A stretch of DNA of 64,000 nucleotides, from contig JBAXPN010000001.1 of NCBI GenBank assembly GCA_037132255.1, positions 340,113 to 404,112 on the forward strand, written 5' to 3'. Both the position numbers and the translations under genes were made by a program. The notes beneath the pieces are model-generated. The model made no database searches and was not told the DNA's origin. It saw only the letters and a program-made list of their open reading frames with translations. Positions 60,012 to 64,000 of the stretch are shown here, piece after piece (position 1 is the first letter of the stretch; every line of letters begins with the position of its first letter). The stretch is from Candidatus Falkowbacteria bacterium. Lineage in GTDB: Bacteria > Patescibacteriota > Patescibacteriia > Patescibacteriales > UBA12465.

Positions 60012-60506
60012 ATGAATATCTACCAATTTTACATTCTAAATATCCTTCTTTTTGCCTTACCCTTAGCTCTATTCGAAATTAATTTAGAAAAATCTCAAGG
60101 CTGGGGCGATGGATTTCCGAAAGATAAATGGTTCGGCAAGGCCTCAATTAAGGGGACGGCATTTGGAAACTTATTAACTAAATTAACTAAACTAGAATCT
60201 CCGCTTAATTACCACCTTATTATCATGGCTCTTTTTGCGACGGTCTTTATATCTGAATACATCTTCGGAAGCCGGAATATCTGGCTACTACTGTCGTGTT
60301 TCTTTGGCGTTAACTTCTTTGCTGATTTATTTTGGTTTTCATTTAATTGGCATTTCGATTCGATGCGTCAACTCTTAAAAGGAAAGAACGGCTCGATTAG
60401 CTGGCATAAAGATTGGTTTAAAATTGGAAAAGATAAATATTTACCAACCGTCTATCCTTTATGGCTCGGACTAAGTATAATTTTTTTTCTAATTGCTCAA
60501 ATCTAA
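60012..60506 (+). CDS. integral membrane protein of unknown function
   Basis: 164-aa track ORF with about 4 TM segments, Trp/Phe-rich. Divergent from the GT2-NodB-DedA operon. Confidence 0.6.
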   Translation: MNIYQFYILNILLFALPLALFEINLEKSQGWGDGFPKDKWFGKASIKGTAFGNLLTKLTKLESPLNYHLIIMALFATVFISEYIFGSRNIWLLLSCFFGVNFFADLFWFSFNWHFDSMRQLLKGKNGSISWHKDWFKIGKDKYLPTVYPLWLGLSIIFFLIAQI

Positions 60507-60532
60507 AAATTCTATTTATATAAAATTTATAC

Positions 60533-60565
60533 AAAAAAGCAGATTATAATAATCTGCTTTTTTTC
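60533..60565. terminator. bidirectional terminator (60012-60506 / tRNA-Thr convergent)
   Basis: Perfect 10-bp stem AAGCAGATTA (60537-60546) / TAATCTGCTT (60550-60559), 3-nt loop, A-run before and T-run after. Confidence 0.7.
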
Positions 60566-60567
60566 TG

Positions 60568-60640
60568 AGCCGTTTTCGGGATTTGAACCCGAGACCTTTT
60601 CCTTACCATGGAAATGCTCTACCAGCTGAGCTAAAACGGC
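60568..60640 (-). tRNA. tRNA-Thr (anticodon GGT)
   Basis: Hand-folded, 73 nt. Acceptor GCCGTTT/AAACGGC, D-arm GCTC-AGCTGGTA-GAGC, anticodon arm TTTCC-ATGGTAA-GGAAA, T-arm TCGGG-TTCAAAT-CCCGA. Its 5' end is 8 nt after the stop of the TPR gene. Confidence 0.9.
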
Positions 60641-60648
60641 GTAACTAA

Positions 60649-61455
60649 TTAGAGGTTTTCAATCTTCTCTTTCCAGTCAGATAATTTATTATTTTCAGGA
60701 TTAACGGTCGCCAATTTCTCCAAATATTCAATCGCCAAGTCTTTATCTTTTTTTATTATACTTAAATCTAAAATTAAATCAAGGAAACGGGGACTATTTG
60801 GTTCAAGTTCAAGAGCTTCACGAATATTTTCGAGTGCCGCATCTAAATCGTCTGATTCCCTCTCGACCCAAGCAAGCGAAAAATATATTTCCTGGATAGT
60901 TAATTCCGCCATTATTGTTTCATCATCCTGATATTGGCGAGCTAATTTCAAAGCGTATTGATAAGTTTGGCGAGCTTCAGACCATTTCTTTTGTTCATCA
61001 TACAAAGCGCCGAGCTTAAAGAAGGCGCCAATATTTTTTTGATCAAGACTAACAATTTCAACTAACTTTTCTTCGGCCTCATTATAGTCTTCTTTCTTAA
61101 GTAGATCCGCATAAGCAACAAATAAATCCTTAATTATTTTTTGCTTTTCGACATGTGGTATTTTGGCAGCTGTTTTATAACCTAACTTAATTTTTTTTAA
61201 TTGAGTTTGAGATGATTGCAAGAAATCAGATACCTTGCGACTTAGAAATAGCCAAACTCTGGCGACTCGTCCGCTGACAAGCGCTAAGTCTCTTTCCACT
61301 TTTTGCTTAATTATCTGGTCCTTAAATTTTGCCTCTTTTTCCCCGGGCATATTATTAATATCGAGTATAGCGAGCGCCGGAAACTTTTTCAAAATAATCG
61401 CTAAAATAATGATCAAGCAAAGTCCGATTAAAATTAGAGAAATGATAACTGGCAT
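60649..61455 (-). CDS. membrane-anchored TPR-repeat protein
   Basis: 268-aa track ORF. N-terminal TM, then at least 3 TPR-like units (e.g. AFFKLGALYDEQKKWSEARQTYQYALKL). Confidence 0.7.
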   Translation of the reverse strand: MPVIISLILIGLCLIIILAIILKKFPALAILDINNMPGEKEAKFKDQIIKQKVERDLALVSGRVARVWLFLSRKVSDFLQSSQTQLKKIKLGYKTAAKIPHVEKQKIIKDLFVAYADLLKKEDYNEAEEKLVEIVSLDQKNIGAFFKLGALYDEQKKWSEARQTYQYALKLARQYQDDETIMAELTIQEIYFSLAWVERESDDLDAALENIREALELEPNSPRFLDLILDLSIIKKDKDLAIEYLEKLATVNPENNKLSDWKEKIENL

Positions 61456-61473
61456 ATGATTATAATAATCTAT

Positions 61474-62211
61474 TTAATTTACCATCTTGGTAAATTCAGC
61501 GAGCCGTAAACTTGCACCGCCTACTAATAGGCCGTCAATATTTTTCTGACTTAAATAATCTAAATAATTAGCAGAACTTGTACTGCCTCCATATAAAATG
61601 CAAGGTTCTTTTTGCAAGATTTTTTTTACTTGTAATTTAATGAAAGCCTGGATTTCGTCTGCTTCAGCGGCACTCATCGCTTTAGCGTTTTTATTAGTGC
61701 TAATTGCCCAAACAGGCTCATAAGCGAGCAGTAAATCCCCAGCGGATTTTATCTTAACTCCTTTTAAGGCGTGACGCAACTCCTCAAGCAAATAATTTTT
61801 TGTTTCACCTGAATTTCTTTCGGTAAGCTTTTCGCCGATACAAAGGACCGGAATTAATTTACTAGCTAAGGCAGACTTAATTTTATTATTAATAATAGCC
61901 GAATTTTCATGCAAATGCTCGCGTCGTTCGCTGTGACCAAGAATAACATATTTAACTCCCAATGATTTAAGATTGCTTGCTGCGACTTCGCCGGTATAAG
62001 CTCCTTTAGTATAGGCGGCGCAATCCTGCGCTCCCAAAGATAATTTTGTCGATTTAAAAATCGGAGCAAGAAAAGACAAGGCAGAATAGTCCGGACAAAT
62101 AACAACTTCGTTCTGTAGAGACTTAATTTTTTTTGAAAATTGTTTAGCCAATTCTAAACTTTCCTTAATAGATAATTGCATTTTCCAATTAGCCATGATT
62201 ATTTTTTTCAT
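61474..62211 (-). CDS. tpiA: triose-phosphate isomerase
   Basis: 245-aa track ORF with ANWKM, ILGHSERR and AYEPVWAI motifs. Confidence 0.9.
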   Translation of the reverse strand: MKKIIMANWKMQLSIKESLELAKQFSKKIKSLQNEVVICPDYSALSFLAPIFKSTKLSLGAQDCAAYTKGAYTGEVAASNLKSLGVKYVILGHSERREHLHENSAIINNKIKSALASKLIPVLCIGEKLTERNSGETKNYLLEELRHALKGVKIKSAGDLLLAYEPVWAISTNKNAKAMSAAEADEIQAFIKLQVKKILQKEPCILYGGSTSSANYLDYLSQKNIDGLLVGGASLRLAEFTKMVN

Positions 62212-62212
62212 A

Positions 62213-63136
62213 TTATTTTAGGGACTGTGCCCATGTAATCGTTCTTTTTATTCCTTCTTTAATTTTAATATTCGGCTCCCAATTTAAAACTTCGCGCGCT
62301 CTTTCAAAACTCAAACAACTGCGGCGCTGCTCTCCTGGTTTACCCGGCATCTCCGTAACCTTTATCGGTCCATCCATCGCCTGCTCGATACTTGAACATA
62401 TTTCCAGTAAATTTGTTTCTATTCCTGATCCGATATTTATTTCTCCGCAGCAATCAATATTTAAAGCTAGGAACAATCCATTGACGACATCGTCAACATA
62501 AACAAAATCTCGCGTTTGCTTACCATCGCCGAATTGCAGGCTCTCTAAGCCTTTAACCGCATTATCAATAAATATTGCTATTACTCCTGCCTCGCCGCCT
62601 TTAAATTGGCGCGGGCCATAAACATTCGCAAAACGTAAAACTGTATAATCCAATCCGTATAACTGATAATAGTAATTTAAATATTTTTCCAGTGTCAATT
62701 TATGAATTCCGTATGGTGACACGGGATAAGTTGGACTATTCTCTGTTGTCGGAATTTCTTCGGCCTCACCATAAATAGCGCCACCGGTAGAAGCGAAAAT
62801 TATTTTCTTAACCCCACTTAAATGCGCGTTACTAATGATATTTAATCCGCCGAGCACATTAATTTTATTATCATACTCTGGATCGGCGACCGATTTTCGA
62901 ACATCGATTTGCGCCGCTAAATGATAAACGTATTCAAACTTTTCTTTCTGAAAAATTTTCGCAATCTTTGCTGAACAGATATCAACTTCGTAAAGTTTCG
63001 CCTTCGGATTAACGTAATCCTTTTTACCCGAAGACAAGTCGTCGATAACGACAACCTCATGTCCTTCGTTTATTAATTTATCGACTAACGTTGAGCCAAT
63101 AAAACCGGCTCCGCCTGTTACAAGTATTTTTGACAT
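62213..63136 (-). CDS. NAD-dependent sugar epimerase/dehydratase (GalE-like)
   Basis: 307-aa track ORF. VTGGAGFIGS Rossmann motif and catalytic YxxxK (YGIHK). 1 nt upstream of tpiA. Confidence 0.85.
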   Translation of the reverse strand: MSKILVTGGAGFIGSTLVDKLINEGHEVVVIDDLSSGKKDYVNPKAKLYEVDICSAKIAKIFQKEKFEYVYHLAAQIDVRKSVADPEYDNKINVLGGLNIISNAHLSGVKKIIFASTGGAIYGEAEEIPTTENSPTYPVSPYGIHKLTLEKYLNYYYQLYGLDYTVLRFANVYGPRQFKGGEAGVIAIFIDNAVKGLESLQFGDGKQTRDFVYVDDVVNGLFLALNIDCCGEINIGSGIETNLLEICSSIEQAMDGPIKVTEMPGKPGEQRRSCLSFERAREVLNWEPNIKIKEGIKRTITWAQSLK

Positions 63137-63198
63137 ATATATTTTTTATATTATCATCACTATAATAATAACATTATTTACGAAGAAAACGAAGATAA

Positions 63199-63226
63199 TA
63201 AAAAACCCCGCTTTTGTGAGCGGGGA
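63199..63226 (-). terminator. rho-independent terminator after the 236-aa orphan gene
   Basis: CCCCGC (63206-63211) / GCGGGG (63220-63225). The A-run on the plus side gives TTTTTT on the minus strand. Confidence 0.65.
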
Positions 63227-63256
63227 AAGTTGAAAGTTGGTCGACAATAAGTTAAT

Positions 63257-63967
63257 CTATGTTTTTGTCTTTCGATTGATCTGTAGTCCCTTGACGAATA
63301 CACGGCAATTCACGCCTATAGTTCCTTCTACGAGTGCCCGTGAATTTATTCCCCAGGCTTTGCCGTTCCAAGCCAGATACATAACTACATTATTTCCATT
63401 AAAGGCGGGAGTAAAAAAGACATTAAAATCTCCATTTATTAGGAGTTTTCCTTTCTGTCCGCGCCCCTGGAGTAGTAAGGTGTGATAAATCTCAAGCATT
63501 GTAGTTTGGGCAATTTTTTCGCCTCCGAGCGAATCAATTATATTTTCAGTTTTTGTATCCATCAAAACCCGAAAATAATCCAGATCGTGCCAAGCAGACT
63601 CATCAACTTCGACCATAAAACTTGTATGACTTAAGCACCAAAATTCAAAATTTTTACTGATAAAATGGATACGGATTGGCACGTCGCGTCTTTTGCTGAT
63701 TGCAAATCGATCTCGGCCAGAGAATATTCCTCCTTTAATCCGAAAACTTAATTTCCCGGAATATTTTAGATACTTCGAGTCGCGAGAATCTTTGCGATGG
63801 GCATCGTTTTTCCCTGCATTAAGCCTTTCCTTCCAGCAGACTTCTTTCCGAAGAAACTTATTTAGTTCCTTCAGCCAAACTTCGCCATCATCGCCGGACA
63901 GATTCTTCCAGAGTTGGCCAAGCGGTCCCTCAACTTTAGAGAGCGCTTCCTTGAGCATGTTTTCCAT
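63257..63967 (-). CDS. hypothetical protein (visibly G+C-richer than its surroundings)
   Basis: Track ORF 63257-63973 starts at TTG; ATG 63967 gives MENMLKEALSKVEG.... No TM and no motif I recognise. It has its own terminator. Confidence 0.6.
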   Translation of the reverse strand: MENMLKEALSKVEGPLGQLWKNLSGDDGEVWLKELNKFLRKEVCWKERLNAGKNDAHRKDSRDSKYLKYSGKLSFRIKGGIFSGRDRFAISKRRDVPIRIHFISKNFEFWCLSHTSFMVEVDESAWHDLDYFRVLMDTKTENIIDSLGGEKIAQTTMLEIYHTLLLQGRGQKGKLLINGDFNVFFTPAFNGNNVVMYLAWNGKAWGINSRALVEGTIGVNCRVFVKGLQINRKTKT

Positions 63968-64000
63968 GGTCAATACATTTGATGTTAAATAACAAGGTCC

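Noticed and set aside
1172-63992. All other short (60-160 aa) track ORFs nested inside longer ORFs. Examples: 1172-1387, 2523-2756, 3187-3399, 7398-7694, 10146-10442, 13146-13400, 15105-15338, 16976-17239, 17611-17925, 26599-27078, 28768-29169, 33563-33940, 34349-34675, 36924-37286, 40250-40519, 43201-43557, 48118-48432, 58486-58836, 59536-59826, 61866-62105, 63237-63485, 63693-63992
   Set aside because: Each is antisense to, or in another frame of, a CDS supported by family motifs. Their translations are low-complexity (Ser/Leu/Phe/Ile-rich), as expected for the reverse frames of AT-rich genes. None has its own promoter, SD or terminator.
1-64000. CRISPR arrays, IS elements, integrases, prophage or reverse-transcriptase (DGR/retron) genes
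   Set aside because: I saw no regularly spaced direct repeats. No ORF carries transposase (DDE), tyrosine- or serine-recombinase, RT (YxDD), terminase or capsid motifs. I could not find a duplicated tRNA 3' half near any of the five tRNAs by eye; a computed repeat search would be needed to be sure.
1-64000. Alternative genetic code (UGA recoding, as in Gracilibacteria/Absconditabacteria)
   Set aside because: All motif-supported genes are intact and end at sensible positions with standard stops, including TGA. No long genes are broken by in-frame TGA.

Overview
AT-rich, very gene-dense bacterial chromosomal segment. Most genes are on the minus strand, intergenic gaps are short, and the standard genetic code applies. 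I infer a small-genome Patescibacteria/CPR (Parcubacteria-like) organism from the gene content; no search was run. That content includes a DUF4012-like protein, a T4SS-pilin-like protein, a region-4-only sigma/HARE-HTH protein, a short TsaB and isolated pyrF-like and purM-like genes.

Housekeeping genes:
- a truncated dcw cluster, mraZ-rsmH-ftsL-ftsI-murF
- tsaB-like, dus, cysS, rnhB, typA, hisS, rarA, adk, fpg, rpmG, tpiA
- five tRNAs: Val-CAC, Leu-CAG, Trp-CCA, Tyr-GTA, Thr-GGT

Accessory content between them:
- envelope-glycan genes: GT1, three GT2, rmlA/rmlD-like, NodB deacetylase, DedA, GalE-like epimerase
- a copper module: csoR, an HMA/TauE/cupredoxin fusion, copA, with a CsoR-type operator
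- an ECF sigma / anti-sigma block followed by a lipoprotein-HlyD-MacB-type exporter
- an oxygen-defence pair: rubrerythrin plus a 39-aa desulforedoxin that the ORF track misses
- TspO, SdpI-like, and several orphan genes

I found no rRNA, CRISPR array, transposase, integrase or reverse transcriptase.

Small genes below the track's 60-aa cut-off that I read directly from the sequence are desulforedoxin, ribosomal protein L33 and three weaker small ORFs. Several track ORFs start at TTG/GTG extensions, which I trimmed to internal ATGs.

Best candidates for something undescribed:
1. A ~7 kb orphan block directly downstream of tRNA-Trp, where secE-nusG would normally be expected. It holds a small ORF plus a protein with a caspase-like His/Cys dyad, a stand-alone divergent PurM-fold enzyme with a ~290-nt leader, and a 1194-aa protein with no recognisable motif plus a Ser hydrolase.
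2. A Cys-rich T4SS-pilin-like gene next to a strongly promoted and terminated two-gene operon of unknown proteins.
3. A GT2-NodB-DedA operon with ArnC/ArnD-like logic.

Everything here is motif recognition and reading by eye. No alignments, folding or statistics were computed.
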